A stretch of 58,938 bases of DNA from Octopus bimaculoides (GCF_001194135.2 NC_068983.1:31410158-31469095), one strand, 5' to 3'. Positions 26,201 to 41,165 are shown, numbered from the stretch's first letter. A program made the numbers and translations. Notes: a model not told the origin generated them from the sequence alone.

Positions 26201-27578
26201 AAGGAACCAACGATAGGTCTTTGTTGCATAGTATCAATCACTGTTTCATCCACAACTGACTCATGCTTCAGGAGTTCAGAGGCCTGTGATTTCTGTTGAT
26301 TTAGTAGAATAGAGTAGAAGCCTCCTTGGAAGGCAAAGGAGCTGATGCAGAGCTCTTAGGCCCATAATCTTGCTTCATAAGATGGCAAGGCTTCTTGCTG
26401 TCATTTGCATCAGCAGCAGTCTGAACATCACAAGCAAGATCCTCCCACCAAGTGTTCTGCACCTTCCTGAGAGATCGCTGCAGTAGTGATTTTACACGGC
26501 TATAGTGGGCAAGTGCTAGATTTCGCTGCACAGCTGAAAGTCCTCTGTGCAGCAATACTATTGCTATTCCTTTTCCTTACACCAAAATGTCCTAGAGAGT
26601 TCCATGCTTGCGAGTCTGTTCCAAGCCTGGCATTCAAATTTCCCAGTAGAATGACTTTATCAGAATTGGGGATTTTCTGAAGTATGGCTCTCAGTTAGGT
26701 ATAAAACATAGTTTTATCTTCATCACAACTAGCCAGAGTAGGTGCGTAGGCACCCGTTAGAGTAGCAAACCGCCCAACTTTCAGGTGCAATCGTAGAATC
26801 ATTAGACGTTCATTTATAGGAACAGGAAGCTCCTCCAACTTCTTAAGAATATCAGATCGAACGACAAAGCCAACACCAGCCTCTCTGCGCTCCTGCTTCA
26901 GTTTCCCCTTCCAAAAAAAAGGTATATCCACCTCCTACTTCCTCAAGCTAACCACCACCTCCTATACGAGTCAGCTATATCAATGTTATAGCGGTTTAGC
27001 TCGCGAACAAGTGCAGTGAGTCTTTGAGGCCTACACTCACTCTTGATATCTAGCAGAGTGCGCAAATTCCATGAAATGTTCAAGTTCCATCCAAATTTTG
27101 TAAAAAAAAATGTCTCTTTGCTTTTCAAGTGCAGGGTGGACATCCGTCAGGCGCGCTAAACTGACCAGATATAGAAAGACAGGAATTTTCTTTTTCTTTT
27201 TGGTTCACCTTTTCTAGAACCTCTCCGGCCTTCAGGTGAGCAGTGCCCTCTCCAACTGAAGCTGCTTAGACTCCCACGCTTCAACCGAATACTATCGCTG
27301 TCTTGAGTGATAAGGAGACGACTTTATATCTAGCATGGGCTGCCTACGTGCAGGTCGCTGACTACAATCTTCTAACCCATTAGGTCTGCATGCTTCACTA
27401 CCCTCCCATCGCCGCAGGACTTCCGAATAAAAATAAAATAAATATATACTAAAAATAAATAAATATATTCTAAAAATAAACATACATAAATACTGAAAAT
27501 AAGGTAGATATATTATAGGGAAAAAAATTAACTATAAATACATGCATACTTATACATATAAACGTGTGCGTGCGTAAG

Positions 27579-27618
<40 letters not shown>

Positions 27619-28941
27619 TACGTGTTTTCGTGCGCGTATGTGTGTGTGTGTGTGTGTGTGTGTCTGTGTGTGTGTGAGTGTGTGTATACTATAATTATAT
27701 GCACACCAATAAGTATGCTTACGTGCTTACCGCATTCTTTTTCTTGGAAACGAACTGTTGAGGCATACATTTTTTTCGGTCACATATCATCAATGAACAC
27801 TGACAAACTTAAATTATTTTAGTACTATTTATTCCAATACCTTCTACCCGTCTATGTAAAACCTGGTGGACTAGCGTATGCATCGCATAGCTATCGCTTA
27901 CTGTATTGCGGATTTTAAAGTTTGCTTCCCGATCTTTTCAAGCATTTCAGTAGCATCGAACGAAGAGTTGATGCTTTTCTGTGTGCTGGACATTAATAGA
28001 AGTAATCCCATCTGGTAAAAGGAAATAAGGGAGATGTTTTTGGAAAATGGAAAGTTAGCTACAAAAAAAATAATAAGCAGGAGCAAACATTTACATACTT
28101 GATTTGAAATAGGAAAGAAACGAGGACGCAGTGGTGTTCAGCCGGATACATTGTTATTCAGGTATTAAGCTAGGAGTTGCATTATTCTTTGTCTTTGAAT
28201 CTGTTGAATTTGGTCCAATACCGTTTTAATAAGAAATCTTATTTGTTAACTTGTAATACGGTGATATATTTTGTCAGGCTGAATGCTTTGTATATTGAAT
28301 CTTGGTTATGTCTGTAGCCTTTGTATCTTTCTTTTACTTCAGATAGATTTTTATATGCACACACGTGCTCTCTCATATGCGTTCATGATCTATCATACAC
28401 ACTCTCACGCGCTCACATAAATACACACATACATGTAAATCCTTAATAACCTATAGATGTCATGTCGCGCCACTTTATGGTATCGTTTGTCTTTTGTTTT
28501 TGTAGTTAAGAATGTGGGCCCAGCGAGAGAAGATAAACCAGACGAATTATGCCTTGAAGTTCGCAGAACGATGTTATGCATTTTTCACAGAATATTTCAA
28601 TATATCTGATATTCTCACCAAATCAGGTAATTGATTGTCTTCCTTGTCCTTCTTCACAATAATAGCAATAATGATTAATACCAATAATTTGTCTTTTCAT
28701 TCAGGTTACAATCTTAATTATTGAAATTCGTCAGGAAATTTTATCATTTTAGAAGTGGTCTTGCTAGAAGAAATATGTTGACTCCATCTTCACTATTTGA
28801 ATTGCCATTTGTCTCAATGTATACTTATCACTCCCTGCGACTAACAGTCTGTATGTTAATCCATGAGTGTATCATTTTGTCTGCCATAGATAAGTTTTTA
28901 TATTCTGCTTATCTGTGTGTCTCATTTTTCACATGCATTTC

Positions 28942-28982
<41 letters not shown>

Positions 28983-29002
28983 TATTCTCTCACTCCTTCC
29001 CA

Positions 29003-29040
<38 letters not shown>

Positions 29041-29572
29041 CTCTCCTTCTCCCCACACACTCACACACACACAGGCACGCACACACTCACACACACAGGC
29101 ACGCACACACTCACATACCACACACACATATGTATGTATGTGTGTGCGTGTATGTATGCATGTATGTATGTACTATTGAAAAGCCTGTCAAAATGAGAAT
29201 ATTTTGGGGTTCTCCTTTCAGCAATTCTTAATATTTTTATTCCAAGCCATATTTCATTTTAGTCTTTTTTCAGTTTTTTCATATTTTACCTCGTGGCTTG
29301 CTTCTTGTTTTTGAGTTTCTTGTTAATGTTTTGCAGTACTTTCATTACTTGTTGTATATTTGAAAAGTCGTCTCTTCACTTTCTTCCTCATATGCTCAGA
29401 CTCCCTTACTCACATTCATTACTCTCAATGACTGACACATATTTCATAATTCGTTCTTTTTTTAGTTTTCTCGGTTTTCTCTCTCAGTCAAAATTCAGTT
29501 TTACCTCTTGGCTTCTTCTCCAAACGGCTTCTCCATACTTATTTCAATAATGTATAAGGTATTCTCTGAAGG

Positions 29573-29644
<72 letters not shown>

Positions 29645-29770
29645 NNNNNNNNNNNNNNNNNNNNNNNNNNNNNNNNNNNNNNNNNNNNNNNNNNNNNNNN
29701 NNNNNNNNNNNNNNNNNNNNNNNNNNNNNNNNNNNNNNNNNNNNNNNTCCCCTCTCTCACATACATACAT

Positions 29771-29805
<35 letters not shown>

Positions 29806-30853
29806 GAAGAAGAAGAAGAAGAAGAAGAAGAAGAAGAAGAAGAAGAAGAAGAAGAAGAAGAAGATTTGTCAACATGACTCATATCGATGCAAATATCAAC
29901 TCCTAAGTAATTGCAAGATCCTTGAAAACTGTCATAACAAGCGCAGAAATCTCAGTTCCACAATTAGACTCGCTAAATATCTTGAAACAACTAACAACTA
30001 GATGCAAAAATTCTTTGAATGCCACGAGAGGCGTAAGAAAAGATAGATAACTACAACCCTCTTAAGTACGAAATAGCCCGGCTATGGAAAATGAAGGTGA
30101 AGATAGTGCCAATTATTGTTGGGTCCTTGGAGACAGTATCGGAAGGCATCAAGAGGAATATAATGGAAATCGAAATAGAGTGACCTGTAGAACTGTTATA
30201 AACGCTTCGCCTCCTTGGCACGCATGGAAGGTGGTAGAGGCCTTTTACAGCTAGAAAACTATTACAAAATAACCACCATAGGACTACAGAAATACCTAGT
30301 TGAGAAGCAAGGAAAACTAATATAAATAGCCACAAAAACGAACAAAAAAACTGTTTTCAGTCTTTATGGAAGCTGACAAATACAAAAAAGAAGTCATAGT
30401 ACCTAACAAAACTTAAGTTAAAGACCTACTAAAAACTGAGCAGGTATAAAGATCTTGAAATAGAAATTGGCAAAATGTGGAACCTCAAGACTAAAACAAT
30501 ATCAGTTGTCATGGGTGCACTAGGAGTGATACTAAAAGGGGGTCTGATTCCTGCTTAGCTCGGATGCCAGGAAACCCCAAAATAGCAGAAACTCAGAAGA
30601 TAGTGCTCATGAGGACTGCCCGTGTCCTACGTAAAATACTGTCTATGTAATCTCAAATTTTAAAACAAACTCATAATTTTCTCATGTTTTCTTAAACATT
30701 CTCTGGGACAATACTATGAACAAAACCAAATATACGACACCCTAGGCATAACACCAGCATGAACTTCTAGCTTGTTGTCTCTTGTTATCTCTTGAGGTCT
30801 CTAGCTTGTTGCCTTGGAGTCAACTTGTACATATACAAAGCAAAAGTCAAAGC

Positions 30854-30921
<68 letters not shown>

Positions 30922-33900
30922 GCAAAAATAAAATACAGACTAATGCAGCATCAACAGGAGAAGAAGTGGAAGAATAAAGATCAATGCAGCACCAACAGAA
31001 GAAGAAGTGGAAGACTTTTGGAAAGGAATATGGTCGGCGAAGGAACAACCTCGGCAATGATCTACAAAACAACGAAGGCAACACCTGAACAACTCTGGAC
31101 CCCTATAAAATCTGAAGACGCTACCCAGACGCTCCAAAAGCTAAGTAAATGGAAGGCATCCGTGCACAGCAAGATCCCCAGCTTCTGGTAATAATACCTA
31201 ACAGGAACACATAAAAAGCTGGCTGAGAAATTTAATGAAACACTTGCAGAGCCAGTGACAATGCCTGAATGGCTCACGAAAGGGAAAAACTAACCTAATT
31301 CCAAAATCCGGTGAAACGGCAAACCCACAAAATTACAGACCAATTACTGCGGAAGCTGTTAGCAGGAATGCTTTCAGAAAGTATTTACGAGCCAAAGTTT
31401 ACTGCCAGAAGAATAAAAAGATTGCAGGCAGAAGGCGAGAGGAGTTCTAAATGAAGTAAAAGCTAGAAAGGAAAATCTAACATTAGCATGGATAGATCAT
31501 AAGAAAACTTATGACATAACCCCACACTCATGGATAAGTGAATGTTTGAGTAAATTTAGTATAGCAGACAACATAAGAAAATCAATTAGTTTTAGCATGA
31601 AGAAATAGAAAGTAGATCTCTACTCAGGTGACACACTGTTAGGGAAAGTTGATATCAAAAGAGGAATTTTCCAAGGAGATTCGTTATCCCCTTTAATATT
31701 TATCTTATGTTTATTCCCCCTCAGTTTAGCAACAGCAGGGTATTAGTTCAGAAATAGTAATAGAAAAATTAATCATTTGCTCTACATGGATGATCTGAAT
31801 CTTTTTAGTAAGAATGAAAATACTCGCAGAGTCACTATACAAACATCTGGAAAAAAATGGAGTCCTGCCAGAAGGGTTGCAAGCGTAAGTGCAGAGGTAC
31901 CAAGGATCAACTCCTGATAGACAAAACTCTACTTAGAGACTGCAAGAGGAGGAAAAGTAACTTAGCCATGTCATGGATCGACTATCGTAAGGCGTACGAT
32001 ATGATACCACATTCTTGGATTATGGAATTATGAACCTATTTGGTATTGCATCGAATGTTGAACGATTGCTTGGAAAAAGTATGGCGAATTGGAGGACGGA
32101 CCTGACAGCATACGGAAGACGTTGAGGGACAGTAGAAATCAGGAAGGGCATCTTCCAAGGGGCTGCCTGTCCCCACTGATCTTTGTACTGTGCTTGATAC
32201 CACTAACACTGATTCTGAGGGAAGCAAAAGTTGGGTATGTATTCAAAAGCCGCCAACAAAAAGTCAACCTTTTGTTATTCATAGATGACCTCAATTTCAT
32301 AGTAAAAACGAAGCCCAAGTCAGTTCCCTCGTTGATACAGTGTATACTTTCAATGCTGATATCAGAATGGGGTTCGGACTGAGAAAGTGTGGTGTGTTAG
32401 TCTTGAAGAGAGGCAAGTTCAAATGTAAGGACGGGCTATCGAAACCATCGGGGGATGTTATGAAGCAGATAGAAGAGACGAGCTATAGTATTTGGGGATT
32501 TGGGAAATGGATAAATTGATGGAGAAAGAAATGACAGAAAAATTTAAGGCGGAGTACATGCGCAGACTGAGAATGATCCTTAAGTCGAAATTAAACGAAC
32601 GGAATAAGATTGAAGCTATCAACACCTAGGCAGTTTCACTCCTTAGATATAGAGCAGAGGTAATCGCATGGACAGTAGACGAACTAAACAGCATAGACAG
32701 AAAGACAAGGAAGTTGCTAACTAGATACGTGACACTCTACCCAAAACGTAACACAGACAGACTATATGTACCAATAAAATGAGGAGGAAGAAGACTTATT
32801 GGATGCGAACACAGCAATTAGAGCAGAAAAAAACAACATAGCATGGTATGAAAAAATGCCACAGGATCGCTATTATTAGATGTAAGGTCAGGCTTGTGTA
32901 AGATGAAAGATTGCAACGATAAAGCACTGTACAAGCAATTGAAAACGAATGAAACTGAAAATAGGTGGGTAAAGTAAAGACTGCATGGACAATTTCATAG
33001 GGATGTTGAAGATAAGACAGACAGAGAAAAAAGATGGCTGAGTAATTTAAAACCGGAAATGGAGGCTCTAATTTGTGCTGCCCAAGAGCAAGCACTAAGA
33101 ACAAACTACATAAAATATTGAGTAGGCAACACATCAGAAAGTGATAAGTGCAGAATCTGTGGACAAAATGATGAGACCGCATAGCATATTACCAGCCAAT
33201 GTACGCCACTAGCCCAGAAGGAATATAAGAGACGCCACGACAATATAGCAAGGCTTGTCCATTGGACACTTTGCAACAGGTATGGTCTTGACAGAGAAAA
33301 AATTGGTATGACCTCAAACCTAAAGGCATCATCGAAAATGGTAATGCAAAGATCTTGTGGGATTTTATGATTCAGTACGACCATGAGATAGAAAATAGGA
33401 AGCCAGACATTGTCTTAATTGAGAAAGAAAGTAAACTATGCTGGAACATAGATATAGCATGCCCAGCTGACAACAAGATATGCGATAAGGGAGAAAGAAA
33501 AATTAACAGGTATGACAGGTTAGCTTAGGAAGTTAAGCAGTTGTGGTCGATGAAAAAGGTGGTAGTGGTACCAATAATTGTCGGAGCCCTGGGAACAGTG
33601 AATAAAAATCTCGAGAAGTACATAGAACAAATACGGACTGCAATAAGGGTGGAGCACTTGCAGAAAACATCACTGCTTGGAACCGCTCGAATACTCCGGA
33701 AGGTGCTCGAAAAATAGAGGTGTTACCTTAGTTCACTGATAGTGAACANNNNNNNNNNAGGTGCTCGAAAAATAGAGGTGTTACCTTAGTTCACTGATAG
33801 TGAACAGCTGACACCGTAGTACATCTCCAGCGTTAGAAGCTGTGCAAAGGCAATGATAGTAATAATAATAGATGTAAGATTTTGGGGGACTTTCCCATTC

Positions 33901-35424
33901 AAAAGGACAAGAAGTTAGAAAGTAATTGAACGGACATAACAATTATAGATAAGATAAAGCGAAGTTGCTTACTAATCGACCCAGCATGCCTGTTTGATTC
34001 CAGGATCGTAATGAAACAAGAAGAAAAAGAAAAAAAAATACAATCCCTTATAATTTGAAAAAGGAAGAATTTGGAGCTTAAGTAGTGGCGGAGCATCATA
34101 GCCATGTGTAGAGAGGAATTCTTTGGAGTTAAACATGGATGTTTCATTCATCATCCTTAAACAACCCTTATTCAGGGTCCTTTTGTGTGGGATGGGCTAC
34201 TCGACCGGAAGAAAATTCTACCTGAGCCCCACTAGGAAGGTCATGCGCTGTTTATTTTGATATGTCGCGCACATGGTTGTGATGCATGTGCCTGATATAC
34301 CTTTATCAGACAGGTAGTCATGATGGGTATATTGGGATTCGTATATTTTACCCGTGTCACTTTGATGACATGCACTGCTCTCTCACTCAAGAAGAAGAAG
34401 AAGAAGATAAACAAAAGACCAGCAATGTAGTGAGTAGCCGATTGAATTGATCCGAATATTTGAATCGTACTTTATTTTATTGAACCTGGAGGGGTGAAGG
34501 GTAAAGTTGATCTCGGCAAGGTTCTAACTCAATATATAAAAGTGTGTAACTAGAAACAGCAAGAAATGTTATCCTCCACTTTAACATTCACTTTGACATC
34601 CATCCCCCTTTAATGATTTATAACATGCATAAAACCAGAAATATGGGGTAGGAGATGTTGATTAAACCTTCACCAGTACAAGAATTGTATGTTAGTCTAT
34701 CGACCCAGGAGAGTTGAAGGACGAAGTTGAAGTCGATTGAATTTTATCTGAACCAAAAGAAAGATCACAAAACATTTTGTCTGACGCTCTAATGATTCTA
34801 TTGATAACGATAATACTACTTAGGTTCAAAACTAACTTGGCAGATTGAGATACTTGACTAGTTATTTATTTTATCAACATCAAAGAAAGCAAACTTGATG
34901 TATGTGAGTTACTCAGATCTAAATTTATGCGTTACCTTTGCCTTGAATTTCTGAACATTTGACTATAATTTCCATCCTACTCTTTAAAATTCCAATGAAC
35001 TGAGATTTCCGCCGCTGGCGTATTTCAAGCAATCAACCGCAACAGCAAAAAAATATTCTAGACGAGTGAGTATATAAAATGTATGATAACAGGCAATTAA
35101 TTTTTAATTGGTTTTGCCATAATGTTCGTTATTCTGCGTCAATTACTCAATTACTGATGTTTAAAATCGCCTCTAGTTTACTGCGATTACTCTCGTAATT
35201 CATATGTTATTAGCACTTAGATTTACCTGGTTGTCTTAGCTCTAGAGGTTGTGATCTATATAAATATACCACTGCAAATTCACTTATTCAACTACACTGT
35301 GCAATTATATACATGAATAATTATCATCTATATGCATAATAAGATATTGGACATTTGTGTATTATAATTTGTGAATTATATGTTATATTACTAATACACA
35401 CATACACTCACGCTTAGGTCTAAT

Positions 35425-35475
<51 letters not shown>

Positions 35476-38020
35476 CGTGTGTGTATGTATGCATATATGT
35501 ATGTATGTATTATGTATATATATATATGCATACTGCATTTCACCAGGTGTAGGTGGATCACTCAATTGATAGTAAGTGTGCACCTGAGACAGCTGCTTTG
35601 TTGCCGCTACATTTGTATGAAAGGGGTGATTTTAGAGAGTATCAAAGTGATTTGTCCATCGCTTTAGTAGCAGCAACTTCTTTGCCAATAATGACAAGCC
35701 AATAATGACAAGAACTGAGCAAGGAGGCAGTTCTCAATTTTTACTAGATCCATAAAAAGCATGGATTGCTTTATAGAAGCCATTAATTTTTTTTTTTTTT
35801 TCCAACTAGGTTTTGTATTTCGCGAGCTCGTTGCTGAAACCACTCATTTTCCATACCGCGCAGGCTTTCTGTTATAGACGACAATTTCTATATGCTTGTA
35901 TACTCATTTCCTTATGTACGTTTGCAAGACGCTTTCCGTGTAATTGCCTCTTGTTTAACAATTCTGATATTTCAATATTCTCATCAAACTAGTCGTAGAA
36001 CTTCATTTCGAATGTTTGATCATTGGTCATCGTGGGGGCGTAGCAGCTTACAGGGATGAGAAAATTGTGTTCTTTTGTTGGTTGTCTTAGAATCATAAGT
36101 CGATTGTTTATGGCTTTTGGGAAGGCAGTGAGATTCTTTTGCTAGGCTATTTTTTTTCACAACACTTGCCATCCTTACACTTCCTTGACCAGTAGAATGT
36201 GTAGCCTGCCCCATTCTCCTTGATTTTCCCAGTCTCTGGTTATTTTGTTTCGCTGTCAGCAGCCATATCAAGGTTGTACCTCGATAATCATTCACCAAGA
36301 AGGGCTGATCTTATGGCAAATCTATCAACTCTGTTGTTATTAAGCAAAGTGTGTGAATTCTATGCACAAAGCACCAATGGCATATGTCGTGTCCTATTAT
36401 TTAGGCCGCAATTAAGGCGGTGATCTGGCAGAATCGATAGCACGCCAGAAATAATGCTTAGCGACATTTTGTCCGTCTTCACCTTCTGAGTTCAAATTCT
36501 GCCTAGGATGGACTTTGCCTTTCATCATTCGGGATCGACAAAATAAGTACCAGTTGAATACTGGGGTCGATGTAATTGACGTACCCACTACCCTAAAAAT
36601 TGTTGACGTTGTACCAACATCTGAAATCAATATTTGGACCGTAATATTGGGATCATGTCAGTCAAGGTCTGCTTACCTGGAAAGAATGAAGCAGAAATTT
36701 TGAGGGACACCTTTTCTAGCCTCTTTCTCGTTCTAGAGAGGTGAGTTGTGTGTTCTTGAATAGGGCTGCTCAGACACCCAGGGGTTTGCCAGAGCTTAGT
36801 GCTGCTTTTTCACCAAGTAAGACCAAGTGAATGAATTTGTGACCGACAGCTTCCAACTTTCTAGACTTGCTGTGACCCCATTGCTACAGAAATTCCAAAG
36901 AATAAAGCTGTACAGGGTTGCGCAATATTTTTGAGGTGAGGTAGAATTGCACATCAACTACCCCACCCTCTCTTCCTACTTTTCTGGTATCCAGTGACAA
37001 GACAGAATCAAAATAACTCAGAAAAAGTGCCGGATGCAGGAGCGGCCAGAGACATAACTGTACTATGCCTATAAGGGTTCTACTTCTGATTTTCTTTTAG
37101 GGTTTATTTCCTTAGCCTATGCTTAAATAAGTACAATCTACTAGGCAGCAGATGGATTTCGCTGTGGTTGAAATCTTTTAAAATGAAGAAAGATCTTAAA
37201 CAAGGCTCGTCCCACTCTCTAAATAACGCATTTATTGCCCAATAAGTAAAACTAGTCAACAATATTAGATGTAGATGAAGTTGCAGATGTTACTTCAGAG
37301 TTTTTCCTATCTCCTAGAGAAATGCCTGAACAAATTTAGGGGCTTCTCACTCCCAGTTGCTGGTCGGACTTTGACTCATCAGATTTCATACGCCCTATAA
37401 TACGTTTTGTTCTTCATCCTGCAGAGTGTCCAACAAGAAGCATTCTCCTTACCAAGCAGGCCTGGTTGTCTCCTGGTTTAGTCGCCGACAGCCCGACCAT
37501 GCAACAGGTTACATGTTACGAGAAACACTGAAAGTGACCTGACGCAGAATGAATGAATTGTGAAGACAAAACATTCCTAATGTCATTAATAAATGAGTGT
37601 TTAGATGTGTGTGTTTCTGTGACATTTTATTATCTTGTATATATAGAGCGAGGAAAAGAAAGACTTCTGGAATAGGTGATGGACGTATAAGTGATCCTCG
37701 AATTTTGGGAATAACAGAGAAGAAAAATCATGACGAAAGAAAAGAAAAGGGTGCAGAAAGTGAATAATTAGACATGCTGGTAATAGGAACAATAAAATGA
37801 AGTTAGGGAAAGAATGAGTGGTGGAGAACATTCGGAAGTGGGAGAGAAGTTAGAGAGTTACTTATCTGAATTTTTCCATTATTGTAATGTGCTATTCCGA
37901 GAGCAACTCCAGGAGAAATAAGAGAGAGATTGTATAAGACATGTTTATATATAGGGGATGAAAGTTAAAAAACGGAGGCGATCCTTGAGTTTTGGGGATT
38001 GCAGAAAACGAGAGATAGAA

Positions 38021-38114
<94 letters not shown>

Positions 38115-40582
38115 GTGAAGTTGGAGAAATCACTGTGAATGCAATTCAAATGACTATCAACTGACTAGGCCAGACATGTCAAACTTCCAGCCCGTGCAAC
38201 AATTTCATCCAACCTACGAAATCATTTTGATATCAGCATGAAATTGGTCCAAATGGCGGCATCAGCAAATAGAGTACTTTGCTGCCCTCAGCAACACCCA
38301 TGCCTTCTTGTTACAACTACACATACATAGTGTGTGAGTGAAGCAGGCCATTACATAATACATAGCACTTATTGTGGCAGAGGAGATCGGAAATCAGCCC
38401 AGCCATTTACCGAAGGAGAGTTTGTGAAGAACTGCGTGATTAAAATGTGTGACGTTTTGTGTCCAGACTAGAAGCAACTATTTACTAATGTGAGTATTAG
38501 TAGAAATACGGTTGCTGATTGGGTGTATGAGATGGTCACTGATTGGGTGTATGAGATGGTCACACTAAAGTGTGCTTTAAGTTTTGGCCCCCTGTGCGAT
38601 TGAGTTTGATACCCCTGGACTAGGCAAAAGTAAAACCAACGCAATTCCTACCGAGATCTATGAATATGGTGGACGGAAAATACAAGAAAACTACTCGCCC
38701 TATATATGACAATGTGGGATCACGAACTAATTCTACAACATTTAAAAGATGTCTGCATTGTACACTTCTATAAAATAAAAGGAAACACGAAACAGTGTCA
38801 AAGCCATAGGGGCATATCATTCATGTCGTTCGCAAACTCTTTTCACTGGAGAATATATTGCTATCGGATTTGTTCTCGCTCTTTCCTTTTCCGACTTTTT
38901 TCTCTTTTCTATTTGGACGAATCTGATAAAAGCAAAGATTGATAACACTCAGAAACCAAATGTAATCTATGAAAAAGCAGACGAAAATAATGTTCACCAT
39001 CTGTGAATGCATTAAAATAGTACAGGTATGACTGTGTGGGTAAAAGAGTGCACTGGGATATTAGCCGAATGTGTGGGTTCAAAGTAGCAGAAAAATTATA
39101 TGTACATGAATCAGTTGCTCTGTGATACAGATTAAGAATTATAGAGTTTTATGGGACTTATCCATATAGATTGAGCACACTATTGAAGCAGGAAGACTGG
39201 ATATGATTATAACGTACAAAAAATAAATCAACAATGTAAGGTCATAGACGTTGCAATGCCATATGACAATAGAGTGGATACCAAAGAAATTGAAATTTCA
39301 AAAGATTGACAAATATCAGGACCTAACTAGAGATATGAAGAAATTGTTGAGAAAAATAAATGAGAAATATTAGCACCTTGTCAAGGAAGATGAGGAGATT
39401 GTTGAAGACAATTATTCTTGTGATAATTGTTGCACTCTTATATAAAAGGCTGAAATTGATGAGACTTGCATTGTCGACCCGTAGGAAATTGCCATTCTGT
39501 ATTCTACAAGAATCCCAAGGTTCTAACATCTGAAGAAACTTTTCGTCACCAAACCACATATGATATTTATATAATAACAGTGATTTAATGATAATTTAAT
39601 GATAGGTACAAGAATACAAACGTACTGAGTAGATTATAGCACTGCGCTGATAAATGAGAAGCAAACTTGATATCAGCGAGTTGCCTAGGTCAACGATTAT
39701 GCACCAACTCGGATGTCATTATGACTCAGAACACTTATTTAGTTATAAGCTTCATCCTGCTCCTTACAAATTCCAATAAAGCACTATTTCCAACGCAAAC
39801 ATATTTCAAGCGAACAATAGCAACAACCACCGAATGATATGCTAGGTGAAATCGTATATAAAATGCCCATTAACTGAAAAATAACAAGCAATTAATTTTT
39901 AATAGGTTTGGCCATAACGTTCGTTGTCCTGCGTTGATTACTCAATTATTAATCTTTAAAACCGCCGCAAGTTTGCTGATTACTATGCTAATTCATACAT
40001 TATTAGCACTTAGATTTAACTGGTTACCTCAGTTATAGAGGTTATCAACTGTGTAATTATATTGATACAATATTAACTTATTCATCCACAGCGTAATTAT
40101 ATACGTAAATAATTATCTGTATGCATATATGCATATTGGGCATTTGAGTATACGTATTATATGTGGTTATGTAATGTGCCAATATATAATACTTACATAT
40201 ATACATACTTGCATATGTGTGTGTGTGTATACATATACACATTCCTATGTATAAAGATATATATATATATATATATATATANNNNNNNNNNNNNNNNNNN
40301 NNNNNNNNNNNNNNNNNNNNNNNNNNNNNNNNNNNNNNNNNNNNNNNNNCCTGTATATGCATGCATGTATACATACATACATACATACGTACATGCATAC
40401 ATACATACATACATAAATCATGAGTTAAAAAAGAACAACTGTTGCATAATTATATTCATCTCTTTCAGTTACGAGAACACGGCACCAGTAGCGAGTATCA
40501 TTCTGTGTTCTCATACACTCTTCCGAGCTATAATGAAGTATTTTTATTCAGGAACGCATTTAAATGCACATACACTAATATT

Positions 40583-40638
<56 letters not shown>

Positions 40639-41107
40639 CACACACATACACACACATGCACACACATGCACATACGCACGCACATGCACACGCACACACG
40701 CACGTATGTATATATATACTCTGACATAAATGTGTATATAGTATCATATACAACCATTTTATACACACACACACATATGCATACACTATACCTAAATATA
40801 CATGCATGTATGCATACATATATACATACATATATACATCCAGACACACATAGCTATGCATATATATGTGTGCATGCGGGTGTTAGTGTGCATGTATGTG
40901 CGTGCATGTGTGTGTATACGTATGTGTATATGCATTTACATATACATATATGTATGCTTATATGTGTGGCTGGATGTCTATGTGTGTATACATGTACATG
41001 TATTTATATGAGAATATACATACATATGTGAGTCAATATACTTACATACATTCATAAATAAATAAATATATAGACAGACAGACAGACAGACAGACAGACT
41101 GACAGAC

Positions 41108-41165
<58 letters not shown>

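Noticed and set aside
33701-33806. Exact 48-bp direct repeat (33701-33748 and 33759-33806)
   Set aside because: The copies flank a 10-N gap, the typical signature of unmerged overlapping contig ends.
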